Shown here in pieces: positions 1 through 13,384 of a DNA stretch of 64,000 bases (position 1 is its first letter; each line of letters begins with the position of its first letter). Both the position numbers and the translations under genes were made by a program. Location: contig OX597825.1 in assembly GCA_951406725.2 (NCBI GenBank), forward strand, positions 28,458,001-28,522,000, given 5' to 3'. The DNA is from Octopus vulgaris (Eukaryota). Below the pieces are notes generated by a model. It was not told the DNA's origin and did not search any database. It saw nothing but the letters and a program-made list of their open reading frames with translations.

Positions 1-1628
1 GATACATCGTTCTTTGTGTCAATGCTTTTTACACTGAACCACACGCCTTTCCTTTTCAAATACGGAACTAATATTCCATTGTTGATATCATTTACAGCAA
101 GTTGAATGAAAGTATTAACGTGAGAATCAACGTTTTCTCCAGAACCACTGTAGTGAAGATCTCCAAGGTGGACAATTGAAATATTACCTCGGACACTAAA
201 TTCTGGCGTTGCATATCTAACGGTGCCATTGGTTGAAGATTGAAATATTAATTTTACCTTGTCAATTATCTCGCATATTGATAGGTATATTACAGACCTT
301 CCCCTTTTTAATTTACAAACAGTATCAGAAGATATACAAACTCCGCTTGGGATAGTAACATACATTAAAGGTTGATCTGAATCTGGCCCAGAATATATTC
401 GACGCCCATCGCTATCCAACGCAATAAGAGAAAATCCACCAGGGAGGTAGGTACTTACTGACATAGGGATTCTTTTCGTTTTGGGATCTCGAATTTTATT
501 CCATCTTTCCGCCACTATTTTATCGAGAACTAATTTCGATATATGCTGAGCCTCGATTCTCATTAAAGACGTGAAAACCATAGGCAATATATTCACCTGT
601 TTCGCACCTGTCACACGAGTGAACATAAAATATTTGCCATTATCTGAAACTTCATAGTGATCGAGATCGATATAGCAAGACGGACAAGATGGAATTCTAG
701 TAAAAGGATCACGTGCCATTGTCATCGTTATGTTTAACTGAAAATTATGGACTGCATCTAAAATTCGAATAGTTCGGAAAACAACTTTACCCTTCACCGC
801 TTGTTTACGAATAGACAAATCTCGTGTGTTGAGATGTAGCAAAAATTCATCAGCGTCCAGCGTAACATCTGTCATAGCTAAAATCATTTCTCTCTTTTTG
901 TCGGCATAGAATTTCTTATAGTCATACGGAACTGTTAATATAACAAATGCCACTGAATCAAGGCCATCTTCTACTCGTTTATTGCTGCTATCCCGAATTT
1001 CGACCTCAACATCGAAATTATGGTTCGCTTTTACTGATGCTGGAGGTTGTTTGGTAATTCTCAAATGATGTGCAGGAACTGTAATGCGTATTGGATTAGT
1101 ATCAGTTTTTGCGTGATATTTGGGGACCTCAATTCTCAGCACACGTGGGCCAGGCGGTAATATTGTATGTTCATGGTAGATCCAGTCAATTATTATTTCT
1201 CCTTTAAATATTTCAATGTTCAATTGAACTTTAGAATTCGGTGACCCACACCGGGTTTTCGCATATTCTCTATTTAATCTCTCCGGATAACCCAGCCACC
1301 ATGCTGTTTTCTGACACAATTTACCTCCACTCTCAGCCCAAGTATCTGAATGGGAACTGTTTTCGGCTGTTTTAACATCCAGTGATGTCACTTTTGCTGT
1401 TATGTTTGATGTTGGCTTCGGTGATAACAGAGCCCCGTTCTTTAATTGTATCACGGCAAATATTGGTCTGCTAATCGTTTGATTTAGTGGGACAGAATAG
1501 TAGAGATCCAGTGGATTAGAAGGAATGCTACTTGGGGGAAAATACTCTCCTTTAAACTTAATAATATATTTCCCATCCTTTAAAGGCAAAAAACTGAATA
1601 GTATAAAAAGCAAACGTAAAAGTTTCAT
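1..1628 (-). CDS. Receptor guanylyl cyclase paralog A1, 5' part only (runs off left edge): signal peptide, beta-rich modules, start of ANF-receptor-like domain
   Basis: Colinear with 29455-31082 at a constant 29454-bp offset. Manual translation from ATG 1628 gives MKLLRLLFILFSFLPLKDGKYIIKF...; no stop seen in the translated parts. Absent from the ORF track, presumably because no stop lies in the window. Confidence 0.88.
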   Translation of the reverse strand, partial: MKLLRLLFILFSFLPLKDGKYIIKFKGEYFPPSSIPSNPLDLYYSVPLNQTISRPIFAVIQLKNGALLSPKPTSNITAKVTSLDVKTAENSSHSDTWAESGGKLCQKTAWWLGYPERLNREYAKTRCGSPNSKVQLNIEIFKGEIIIDWIYHEHTILPPGPRVLRIEVPKYHAKTDTNPIRITVPAHHLRITKQPPASVKANHNFDVEVEIRDSSNKRVEDGLDSVAFVILTVPYDYKKFYADKKREMILAMTDVTLDADEFLLHLNTRDLSIRKQAVKGKVVFRTIRILDAVHNFQLNITMTMARDPFTRIPSCPSCYIDLDHYEVSDNGKYFMFTRVTGAKQVNILPMVFTSLMRIEAQHISKLVLDKIVAERWNKIRDPKTKRIPMSVSTYLPGGFSLIALDSDGRRIYSGPDSDQPLMYVTIPSGVCISSDTVCKLKRGRSVIYLSICEIIDKVKLIFQSSTNGTVRYATPEFSVRGNISIVHLGDLHYSGSGENVDSHVNTFIQLAVNDINNGILVPYLKRKGVWFSVKSIDTKNDV

Positions 1629-1829
1629 ATTTCTTTTCGAATATTTTCGAAGCTTTGACTTGTGTTATTTTACAATTTCCGTTTATAGCAGGAATATATC
1701 TTCCGTTGGCGTTTAAAGAATGCCGCTTCTTTGGTAAATAGCAACAACGGCGTCTTTTCCAAGTGACAATATCATAACAAATCATACTCAAAATTTACCG
1801 TCTTGCACACTTTAGTTTGTCTGTCTGTA

Positions 1830-2670
1830 AGTGTGTTTCTATGCATATGTATGTATGCATGTGTCCATGCATGTATGTATGTATGGTTGTATGTGTATAC
1901 GTCTGCAAGTATGTGTGTACGTATCTAAGATTGTATGTATTTATGCATGCATGTGCTTATGTGTGTATGTATGTATGCAAGGATGTATGTATGTATGTAT
2001 GTATGTATTTATGTATGCATGGATGTATGTATGTATGTATGGATGGATGGATGGTTGTATGTATGTATGCATATATGTATGCATGGATGTAAGTATGTAT
2101 GTATGCATACATGTATGTATGTATGTATCTATGTATGTATGTATGTATGTATGCATGTATGTATGTATGTATGTATATATGCATGTATGCATGTATGTGT
2201 GTATGTATGCATGTATGCATGTATGCATGTATGTATGTATGTATGTATGTATGTATGTATGTATGTATATATGTATGTATGTATGTACTCATGCATACAT
2301 GTATGTATGTATGGTTGTATGTATGTATGTATGCATGGACGTATGTATGTTTGTATGCATGTATGTATGTATGCATGCATGCATGTATGTATGTATATAT
2401 GCATGTATGCATGTATGCGTGTATACGTGTATGTGTGTATGTATGTATGTATGTATGTATGTATGCATGTATGCATGTATGCATGTATGTATGTATGTAT
2501 GTATGTATGTATGTATGTATGTATGTATGTATGTATGGTTGTATGTGTATACGTCTGCAAGTATGTGTGTACGTATCTAAGATTGTACGTATGTATTTAT
2601 GTATGTATGTATGCATGCATGTATATATATATATGTATGTATATATGTATGTATGTATGCATGTATGTAA
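1830..2670. repeat. (TATG)n/(TGCA)-degenerate microsatellite array
   Basis: Direct reading; explains the MYVC/HTYI ORFs. Confidence 0.95.
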
Positions 2671-2730
2671 GCATATGTTTGTGAGTGTGTGTTTCGATAT
2701 CCATGTTTCTGTGTATGTTTCAGTGTACAT

Positions 2731-2895
2731 AGGTCAAGATGTGGGTGTGTGGTAAGAAGCTTGCTTCTCAACCACATGGTTCCGTGTTCAATCACACTTC
2801 GTGGCACATTGGGCGAGTGTCTTCTACTATAGCTTCGGGACAACCAAAGCCTTGTGAGTGGATTTGGTAGATGGAAACTGAATGAAACCCGTAGC

Positions 2896-2934
<39 letters not shown>

Positions 2935-3124
2935 CATACATATATTTGTGTGTGTGTTTGTTAGTCTGGGTGTCCATGTTTGTGCCCCCATCATCGATTG
3001 ACAACCGATGTTGGTGTGTTAGCGTGTCCTGGGTTTAATTTGGTGGACCAAGAAGAATACTCCTTCGAGACAGGCAGCGCTCCAGCATGACCGCAGCTAT
3101 ATGAGTGAAACAAATAAAAGAGTA
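2731..3124 (+). mobile_element. tRNA-derived SINE, family A (degenerate copy)
   Basis: A/B-box-like head (GTGTGGTAAG...GTTCAATC) and a body shared with 20970-21366 and 35012-36712. Confidence 0.75.
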
Positions 3125-3516
3125 AATGATAGTGAATATGTATGTAACAACTGTAAAAAGTCGTCCCTGGTGAACATCTCTATCTCAGTAGTTGGGCTGT
3201 GACACACAAGCACAGACCCAGTTATTTACCCATGGAGATAACGGCACATTGGATATAGGTGGATGATAATTAAGCTTATAAGTGTTGAAGAAAAAGAAGC
3301 AAAAGTATCCTAGTAGAGGGCGAATACTAATGTAGACTATAGTCTTTAGGGGAAGGTATAGGCTGAAGCTGAGTTGTGGTGGCAGTATAAACTAACGAAA
3401 GAAGATAAATTTGAGTTCAGGGAGTGTAGCATGTAAGAAAAAATATTGGAATTTCCTAAATGATGGAAGAGCTAAATTACTTAGGAATATAAATATATAC
3501 GTGTATGTGTGTGTAT

Positions 3517-3551
<35 letters not shown>

Positions 3552-3555
3552 AATA

Positions 3556-3590
<35 letters not shown>

Positions 3591-3655
3591 GTGTGTGTGT
3601 GTTCCTGTGTGTGTACGTGTACACACAGAGTCTCTCTCTCTCTCTCTCTCTCTCG

Positions 3656-3693
<38 letters not shown>

Positions 3694-3744
3694 ATACACA
3701 CACACACATACACACACACATATACAAACACATATGTATTTGTT

Positions 3745-4021
3745 TAACAGGACGTCAAATATTAAGGCAAGGTAAACATCTCATACAATATTATTATAGG
3801 GAAGAAATACAAAATCTTACAGCTGTTTCTGGAATATCTCCGAGTATTGGATATCCCAGAAACAGCTGTAAGATTTCGAATTTCTTCCTATGTTTTGATG
3901 ACGGAATAACCCATACTCGGAGATATCCCAGAAAAAGCTGTAAGATTTTGAATTTCTTTCTACAATAATATTGTATATGACTTGAGATGTTTGCCTTGCC
4001 TTAATGTTTGACGTCATGTTT
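3745..4021. repeat. Inverted repeat (arms ~3745-3850 / 3911-4021) with degenerate hammerhead motif; Penelope pLTR-like
   Basis: Arms are reverse complements of each other. TTGATGA...GAAA-AAGCTGT-A at 3894-3942. Confidence 0.6.
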
Positions 4022-4178
4022 AACAATTATATATCCGCTGCATCAGAAATCTGCAATGTCTCCATAACTACTGTCTCGGCTATAACCTTGGAGCCCCAGT
4101 GATCGGTTACACCACTTGCCTAGAATACCTGATCGTTTAGATCATCCGTGAACTAAACTTCCATAATTTGTATATATA

Positions 4179-4244
<66 letters not shown>

Positions 4245-4345
4245 GTTGCCCGTTTTCAGTTTCAATTTTCCTGTAACAAGCGGATTATAAGTGGATAAAA
4301 CAGTGTATTTGGCTTTAGAATAACCCTCTTTAGCCCTTAATTATA

Positions 4346-4419
<74 letters not shown>

Positions 4420-4420
<1 letters not shown>

Positions 4421-5482
4421 CACGACAGGTGTATGAAAAGTTTTGAGCCTAATCTAGAAACGGGGCTGCTAGGTAGCTGAAACGATATTTTCTGCTAAGT
4501 ACAGTTTTTTCGGGGTATTCTTGCTCATGTCCATGGTTCTGATATTTTAATTTTGTTTTGTTTCAGATATTTGAATAAAAAAGTGTCGAGCTTACAAGGA
4601 AAATGGAAAAAACTGAGTATCACGCTATCACAAAGTGCCTTCATTTGAATGGCAGGACTCCATCATAAATCCTTGAAATTATGGAGAGAACCTTAACAGA
4701 CAATACTCCTTCATATGCAATAGTCAAACGCTGAGGAAATGAACTCCAGCGTGGCAGGGAGAGTGTGGAAGATGATGCCAGACCAAGGAGACCTCCAACT
4801 GCAACCACCGAGGACAACATTGACCTTGCTCTTGGTATGATAATGTAAGATCGTCGAATATCATGTGAGATAGCCGAGAGACTGGACATCTCAACTGAAA
4901 GAGCAGACAACATTCTGACAAAAGAACTTGGGTTCTCAAAGGTTTCTGCAAGGGGTGTCCCTCACTTTTTGACCCCCGAACAGAAACGCACCAGGTGCAT
5001 TTTGCTCACGAGCAATCTGGAACTGTTTGAAGCTGAAGAAGAAAATTTTCTTGCTCGCTTTATTACTATGGACGAAAGATGGATTCATTACTACCAGCCT
5101 GAAACCAAAGAACAATCAAAGCAGTGGAAGCACACGTCTACTCCTACCCCAAAGAAGGCCAGGGTCATTCCGTCAGCTGGCAAGGTCATGGAGGAGTCAT
5201 TTTTTTTTATTCTCAAGGTGTCTTGCTAATCGATTACCTTGAAAAGGGTCACACCGTGACAGGGCTGTATTATTCTCAGCTACTGAAACGCCTCCGAGAA
5301 GCAATCAAAGAAAAGAGGCCGGGAATGCTCACCAGAGGAGTCCTTTTTCCTCACGACAATGCTCCAGCCCACATCTCAGTGGTTGCCATGGCAGCAATTC
5401 GCAATATTAGATACGAACTTATTCCCCATCCGCCTTATACGCCAGACTTAGCCCCGTCTGACATTCATCTATTCCCCAAAAT
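4420..5482 (+). mobile_element. Degenerate mariner (DD34D) transposon, 3'-truncated
   Basis: MEKTEYHAI start at 4603; ITMDERWIHYY, HDNAPAH and HPPYTPDLAPSD motifs; stops and frameshifts; flanked by (TA)n. Confidence 0.9.
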
Positions 5483-5535
5483 AACATATATGTATATGTA
5501 TGTATATATATATGTATATGTACATACATATACAT

Positions 5536-5591
<56 letters not shown>

Positions 5592-6059
5592 GTATATATT
5601 AAGCTTTAGATCATCGCTATATAGGTGATTCACTTTTCCCATATTCTTTACTTAGCTCTGTTTATTTTGATGATCAAAGTGATCCATGAATGTGGGATTG
5701 GATCGCTGGTTAATCTATTAATCGATCCATGCGATACATAAATTCGTCCATGTATTTCTGCTTATCCTTGTTGATCGATTATTTCCTCATTCGTTTCGAA
5801 GACTCTTCTTCCCGACAGCCTTTTCTGTTCATCAGCTAGTAGGTGTTTTTCTTCATGGGTGCAATTATCTACTAGGAGATTTCGCAATTTATTGTCACGT
5901 AATTATTTGATAATTTACAGTAGCAGTTACTTACTTTCTTACAAGTTGTCTTTTAGCAAACGACAAGTCTTTTCATTTGTGTATCTCAACAGTGTTATTT
6001 CTTCCTATGCTTAGCATCGCTTACATTTCGACGATATTCATAAATCCTTTCAGCCAGTA

Positions 6060-7299
6060 ACCATGGAAAAGCTCAACATCTTGAGGCAGATGGAATTAAA
6101 CAAAACTAAGTGAAAGAAGAGAGAAAGAAAGAGTACCTGCAGCGAGTGTGAAAAATATTGGCTTCAAAGCTAACTTCCAGAAAAATAATTTCGACAATAA
6201 ACTCGCGCATAGTCACAGTAGTTCGGTATGGTGCTGGAATCCTGAAGAGGAGCTAAAGGAGTTGAAGAACAAGAGAAGAAATTGCCTAACGATGCATGAA
6301 GCCCATCATACATGTGCAGATACTGATCTCCTTTATATAAAGGGAAAAAATGGAGGAAGTGGACTGATAAGTGTGGAACGCAGTGTACGTATCTAAATCG
6401 AGAGCCAAAGTAAGGAAACCTTGCTAGTGTCATTTAGGAATTAGGGGGTATTGAAAGCAAAGAAAATAGGAAAAGCAAAAGAAGAAGTACAAAAAGGACA
6501 AGAAGAAGAATTACGCAAGAAGGGACTACACAATCAATTCCATGTAGCCACAACAGGAGTTGCTGGAAAACATAGGTGAGATTGGCTGAAGAAAGGAACA
6601 CTGAAAAATGAAAATGAGAGCACTCTACTGGCAGCACAGGACCAAGCTTTGGCCACAAATTGGAGGGTTAACCTTAAGAATGAGTGTTTCCACTGTGCCG
6701 TATCTCTAATAGAGTGGGCGAAACCTTTGTCCATATCGCAAATGAATGCCCTAAACTTGCACAAAACCACTAAAGCGGAAGTGCTACATTGGAAACTGCG
6801 AAAAGTGGGGGCTAGAGAGACAAGATGTGGTATGAGCACAAACCGGAGTGAGTGGCGGAGTTGGAGGCCTGCAAGATCAGGTCAGGTGCTGAAGCATAAC
6901 AAACTGAACCTAGTGATAGTGGACAAGATGCACATAATGTGTTATATTGTCGATGTTGCATGTCCCTTTGTCTCACGAATAATCAAGAAAGAAGACAAAA
7001 AATGGATATATAAGTAAGAAATAGCCCGGCTATGGAAAATGAAGAAGGTGAAGATAGTGCTGATTATTGTTGGGTCATTGGAGACAGCATCAGAAAACAT
7101 CAAAAAGAATATAAAAGACATTGGAATAGAGTGCCCAATAGTACTGTTACAAAAGTTTTGCCTTCTTGGCGCGGCCAGACTAATTAGGAAAGTTTTAGAC
7201 ACTTGAGAACAGATCGCACAGTGCCATAGTCTGCAAGTAGAAAACCCGCTGAGCATGCAAGACTCCATGAGTTACAGCAAACTTGAGAGAAAAATATTA

Positions 7300-7300
<1 letters not shown>
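6060..7300 (+). mobile_element. 3' remnant of an R4/Dong-like non-LTR retrotransposon
   Basis: AAQDQAL, K-LNLVIVDK..CYIVDVACP restriction-like endonuclease remnants; ends at (TAA)n. Confidence 0.7.
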
Positions 7301-7344
<44 letters not shown>

Positions 7345-7557
7345 TTCTACTAAATGCACAAGGCCTGCAATATCGAAATTTTGTGGGAGAGAGCAGTCGA
7401 TTGCAGCGACCTCAGTGTTTAATTGGCATTTAATTTATTGACCCCTCCCCCAAACGATAGAAAGCATAGTCGACCTTGTCGGAATAAGAAGTCTGAACGG
7501 ACGAAATAGCGCAAAATTGTCTTTCCGGTGTACTTACGATTCTGCCAGCTCGCCGTC

Positions 7558-7616
<59 letters not shown>

Positions 7617-7629
7617 CATAATAATAAGG

Positions 7630-10600
7630 AATAATTTAAGGAACACCGAGGGACGTTTAAGGAAATAACACCGGGGGACGTTAAAGACGTGAGAACGATA
7701 AAACAAAGCTCCGAAATCTATCCACAAACATCGAAAACAAGGACATCGTATTGAGCCAAAGATTTACTAACAAAGGATTGGACTGTCCTCGAGTAAGTAA
7801 TACTCATTGAAATTTATTACTATTTTCGAAACGAAATGATGTATTTTGACTCGATATCATCTCCACCTCTAACACAACACATGTAAACATGCATGGAACA
7901 TTACGATCCATCAACACCAGATCATCCCCGACCCCAAACACCATGTACAAAGGAACTACGAAGAAATTAAATACCACCGATGTTATTCAACCGAAGAATA
8001 ACAATCGGGAGGTACGTACTTTAAACTTACAACACAAAATATACGAAAAACTACACGTGCAAAACAATGTGACAACAGAAATGAACGGACCGGTACCCTA
8101 CGAAAATGACGACCGTCAAAATAATGGGCCGGACGTTGTTCCTCATGTCCCGCAGATAAAACCCAGAAGACATAAATGGACACGTGAGGAATACATTTCT
8201 ATCCTACACGCATACTTCACAGCAGTGCTCTACCCAAAAAATGAAAACACAACAACACATACATATAAAATATGGAAGGAAAATAACATAAATATAGACT
8301 TGGATACAGCAATGAACCCTAATAAACTAGCTAACGTACGAAGATACATTCTCAACGCAAAAAAATATCAGAAATAGAAATAGAACATCTAGAAGAAAAA
8401 AATACACCAGGAAAATGTAGATAGAAGCCACACAACAATGCCCAATAATATAAACACTGAAACAGTAAAACACGAAGACAAACGTAACATTCCCAACAAA
8501 CACGATATAAACAAAAAGCAACAAACCCAGACCGTAAAGATGCATAATAATACACGACAAACAGCAAGCCAAAACACGGCAAACAAACATATAAATAATA
8601 AAGAAAGTGACACAAATCTAAAACCTGGAAACAGCGAAGGGGAGCCTAATGATTATGATAATATAAAAAGTAAAATAATCAAAGAACTGAAAACCACAGA
8701 GCTCAAAATGGACCACCGACCATACCTCCCAAAAATCAAATTAGGCGAAACAACAACACCAATTATAAACAGCATAATCCTAGCCGTCACGGAACTAATA
8801 GCCACTGAAACAAAAAGCGATATCACTAAGCTAAATGACTTAGTATACGCAGCAGCCACTGCAGTCACAAAAGAAGCTGGATACTCACTCAAACCCATCC
8901 AAACAGGAGTACCATCACCCAAACAAACCCTGTGGATAAATAACATTCAAAACAAAATACAAAAGATGAGAAAAGATCTGTCGATTCTTAATGAAATCAG
9001 TAGACAATCAACGCTACTGAGCAACAAAAAGAAAACAAAAATACTCCGCAAATATAACATCACAGAAAAAGATTTACCTGAGATAAAAGAAAAGCTGAAG
9101 CAATATTCCTTGCCAAAGCACAAAGGATCCGCCGGTACGAGAAACGCCAGCGCTTCTTTGAACAAAACAAAAAGTTCAACTCCAACCCCCAAAAGTTCTA
9201 CCAAAAACTTGTCAAAAATAAAATAGAAATCACTGCAGCACCAACGGCAGAAGAAGTGGAAGAATTCTGGAGAGAAATATGATCGGTGAACGAAAAAACA
9301 AAAAAAGGAGTATCAAAACAACAAACTCAGCATCTGAGCAACTTTGGACCCCCATAACAACTGAAGAGGTCACCCAGGCACTGCAAAGACTAAGCAACTG
9401 GAAGGCACCTGGGCATGACAAGATCCCCAAATTCTGGTTGAAATATCTAATAGGAATGCACAAAAAGCTGGCTGAAAACTTTAACAACATACTAGCAGAG
9501 CCAGAGACAATGCCTGAATGGCTCACGAAGGGGAAAACCATCTTAATTCCCAAATCAAATCAGATAGCAAAACCAGAAAACTACAGACCAATAACCAGTC
9601 TCCCTAAAATGTACAAGGCATTTACTGCAGTGATATCGCAAAGGTTGAACAAGCACCTGGACGAAAACAACCTGTTTCCAGAAGAGCAGAAAGGATGCCG
9701 CAAAGGCTCATATGGCTGTAAAGATCAACTAATGATTAATAAAGCCATAACTGAAGACAGCCACAGAAAGAAGAAAGGCCTCAGTATGGCCTGGATCGAC
9801 TACAAAAAGGCGTTTGATAGCATCCCCCACACATGGATCCTCGAAACACTAGCCATTAACAAAGTAGCACCAACAATTATAAAATTCATCGGGTACTCTA
9901 TGAATAAATGGCAAACAGTACTACAGCTCCAAACAAAAGAGGGACTCATGAAAGCCAAAGCCATCCCCATTAGAAGAGGAATATTCCAGGGAGACACGCT
10001 CTCTCCATTCCTTTTCTGCTTAGCACTGTCACCTCTATCTGATATGCTAAATAGAACTGGATGCGGATATAAATGTTACGGCAAAACGATCAGCTACCAT
10101 TTATATATGGATGACCTAAAACTATAGGCTGCAAATGACAAACAGCTGGAAACACTATTAAAGACAGTTCATGGATTTACCAAAGAAATAGATATGAAAT
10201 TTGGATTAGAAAAATGCGCCAAAGTAACCATGAAAAGAGGAAAACTAGTTAAGAGTAGCAGCATCACACTAGATAAAACCAATGAAATAAAATAATTAGA
10301 CCAAAGCCAAACTTACAAATACTTAGGAATCCATGAACTAGATAAGACACAAAACACACAAATGAAAGAGAAAATAAAAAAGAATATTATAGACAAGTTA
10401 GATCAATACTAAAAACAGAGCTCAATGCTAAAAACAAGATAATAGGTATTAACACTTTAGCTTTCCCAGTTATAAGTTACACCTACAATATCCTTAACTG
10501 GACACTAAATGAACTGACCAAAATAGATAGGAAAACAACAAAAATAATGACAGGATCTTGGATGCATCACCCAAAATCTGACATAGAAAGACTATATATA

Positions 10601-11740
10601 CAACGTATAGAAGGTGGTAGAGGCCTTATACAGCTGGAAAACTACTATAAAATAACCACCATAGGACTGCAAAATTATCTACTTCAGTAGGAAGGAAAAC
10701 TGATACAAATAGCGGCAAAACACGAGCAAAGCAAAAAACTGTTCTCAGTATTTAAGGAAGCTGACAAATACAAACAAGAAATCATACCACCTAATAAATA
10801 TGAAGAAGAAGAAGAAGATAAAGAAACAACAATAGCTATAAAACTAATGAAATCCAAACTAAAAATAGAATAGCAACGATCCATGATAAAACGATGGCAA
10901 GAAAAGCCTATTCATGGTAAATACTGGACTAAACTAAACGCAAAAAAAATAGACAAAGAAAAATCCCAGCAATGGCTGAGAAGCTCAGGACTCAAAGCAG
11001 AGACAGAGGGATACTTAATTGCAGCACAAGACCAAAGCCTCCCCACCAGAAATTACCAAAAACATGTAATGAAAAGAAATATAACGAGTAACTGCAGAAT
11101 ACGTGGAGATGAACAAGAAACAATAAATCATATTATCTCTGGCTGCCCAGTCCTGGCTAAGAAGGAATATATTCACAGACATGACAGAGTTGGAACCAAC
11201 ATACACTAGAAGCTATGCCAACATTATGGAATAACAACAGAAAAAAGATGGTATAGGTACACACCAGAAAAGGTCACAGAAAACGAGAAAGCAACCATAC
11301 TCTGGGATATGCCAATACACACAGATAGAGAAATTAAGGCCAACAGACCAGATATAGTTGTCAGAGATCATGAAGAAAAAAATGCTTTCTAATTGATGTA
11401 TCAATACCGGCAGATGACAACGTGACTCTGAAAGAAATGGAGAAACTTTCAAAATACAAAGACCTGGAAATAGAAGTAAACAGAACGTGGAATCTAAAAT
11501 CAGAAACAATTCCTATCATAGTAGGTGCATTAGGCATGATAAAAAAATATTCAGACAAATACATAACAAAAACACTAGGACTTACAAACACATATAACAT
11601 ACAGAAAATTGCACTACTAGGCACTGCACACATCCTATGCAGAACACTTTCCATACAATAACCATCAGAGCATCACAACAAATCACAGCACATACCCAAG
11701 GCACACAGAGCTGCGCTCTGTAGTGAAGTGAAAGCACGCT
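7630..11740 (+). mobile_element. Near full-length R4/Dong-clade LINE (RT + CCHC + RLE endonuclease), disabled, inserted in (TAA)n
   Basis: WKAPGHD, YRPIT, EQKGCRKG, WIDYKKAFDS, GIFQGDTLSP, LYMDD, ETINHIISGC, RHD and NRPDIV motifs. (AAT)n on both flanks. Several stops and frameshifts. Confidence 0.92.
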
Positions 11741-11783
11741 ATAATAATATAACTACTGAATAATAATAATAATAATAATGATG

Positions 11784-11850
<67 letters not shown>

Positions 11851-11864
11851 TAATAATAATAATG

Positions 11865-11934
<70 letters not shown>

Positions 11935-12334
11935 TAATAAAAATAATAATAATAATAATTACAAGAACATTTAGAGAACGCAAACCTCCGCCAATGTTTC
12001 TTTATTTTGGCGCTACGGCCACAACACAGAGGGGACACTTCAAAGACAGACACAACACCACAGTGGGGACAAAAACATAAAACGAATAAAAATGAAAAAC
12101 GAAATGGCCGCATAGGCCCCACTCCCATGCAGTACCATTTGAAAGTTTTTTATAAACTATTTACAATCGTTCTATTATCTTTTTCCTCGTTTTTTCCTCT
12201 CTTTTTTAAAAAGAAAACAATTATATTTCTTTTCCTTCTTTCTTCAATAAAACAATTTAACTTACTTTTTTACTTTTTAATATCTCATGAAAGGTTCTAA
12301 ATCTTGTGGCAATTCATCGAACTTCACCATCACA

Positions 12335-12567
12335 CCTTTTTCTTTACTACCCACAAGGGACTACACACAGAGGGGACAAACAAGGACAGACAAACGGATT
12401 AAGTCGATTATATCGACCCCAGTGCGTAACTGGTTCTTATTTAATCGACCCCGAAAGGATGAAAGGCAAAGTCGACCTCAGCGGAATTTGAACTCAGAAC
12501 GTAGCGGCAGACGAAATACCGCTAAGAATTTCGCCCGGCGTGCTAACGTTTCTGCCAGCTCGCCGCC
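12335..12567 (-). mobile_element. SINE family B (other copies: 7345-7557 -, 17870-18290 + dimer, 25180-25372 -, 25738-25850 +, 32630-33000 +, 42370-42695 -, 54170-54330 -)
   Basis: Shared GGCGAGCTGGCAGAA...GAGTTCAAATTCC...CCTTTCATCCTTTCGGGGTCGAT core. Confidence 0.85.
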
Positions 12568-13384
12568 TTCACACCTGGCAGGTCAATCCCTTCTCCACAC
12601 ATGTCTTTTAGTCTGTTGTATGTGTCTTTGTCAACCACGATGTCCTTGACATTCTTGGAATACACATCCATGGGCAACTTAACTCTTATAATATGTTTCA
12701 ACTCTAATACTTTCTTTTCAGTTTCTTTGCTTTTTGTGTACGTCATAAAATTCCGAAATTTTCCTTTTCTCATTTTTTTTCTCCTTTCTTGCTGTTTTCT
12801 CCTTTCGGCTCCTGTTACCTTCTTCCTTTCTTCCACCTCCCTGAGCACACTCTCCAATTGCATTTCCTAACTTTTCTCCTCCACTGGAACAACCGGTATC
12901 CTCACCAATATCTCTTCCTTATGCAACTCCTCCCTGAACACCTCCTCAAGTTCCTTTTCGCTTATTTTAGCCACCACCATTTCGTATTCCTTCATTCTGG
13001 ACTCCTCCTTTTCCATCTCTTTTTTCTTCTTATTCTGCTGCTTCGGCGGAGAGATCACTCGCCCACTTCTCTTTCTTTTTATTCAAACACCGTGAACCCC
13101 GCCTCCGTTATCTCAACCTGTACCACCTAGTCCGTGCCCTCCTGCCTCGGATTGAGAGGTGAAGGTAGAAGAGAATAATGGCAAAGAGACCGTCGTATGA
13201 ATGAGAAAGGAAGGGGTGATAGATGAATAACGAAGAAGGAGTGAAAAAGCTGATAAACGGTGTTTGAAGTGTCAGTATATGCGTTTGTGAAAGAGAGGTA
13301 TGTTTGCGCGCGCGCGCGTGTGTGTGTATGAGTGCATGTGTGTGTGTATGTGTGTGTGTGGCGGGGGGGGGGGGTTCGCATACA

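Noticed and set aside
1558-1791. 77-aa ORF suggesting A1 is a frameshifted pseudogene
   Set aside because: The 10-bp indel is upstream of the likely ATG (1628); the downstream frame is open.
1817-2755. Long [16 protein letters not shown], poly-I/Y/R/D ORFs here and at 11.7k, 14k, 19k, 22-24k, 42.6k, 51k and 59k
   Set aside because: Translations of microsatellites that lack stops in several frames.
5790-5840. CTGATGA...CGAAAC on the minus strand
   Set aside because: No stem I or stem III complementarity, so not called a hammerhead.
12543-13130. Lys/Glu-rich minus-strand ORFs
   Set aside because: Broken, low-complexity, no recognisable motif; possibly a LINE ORF1 remnant but unsupported.
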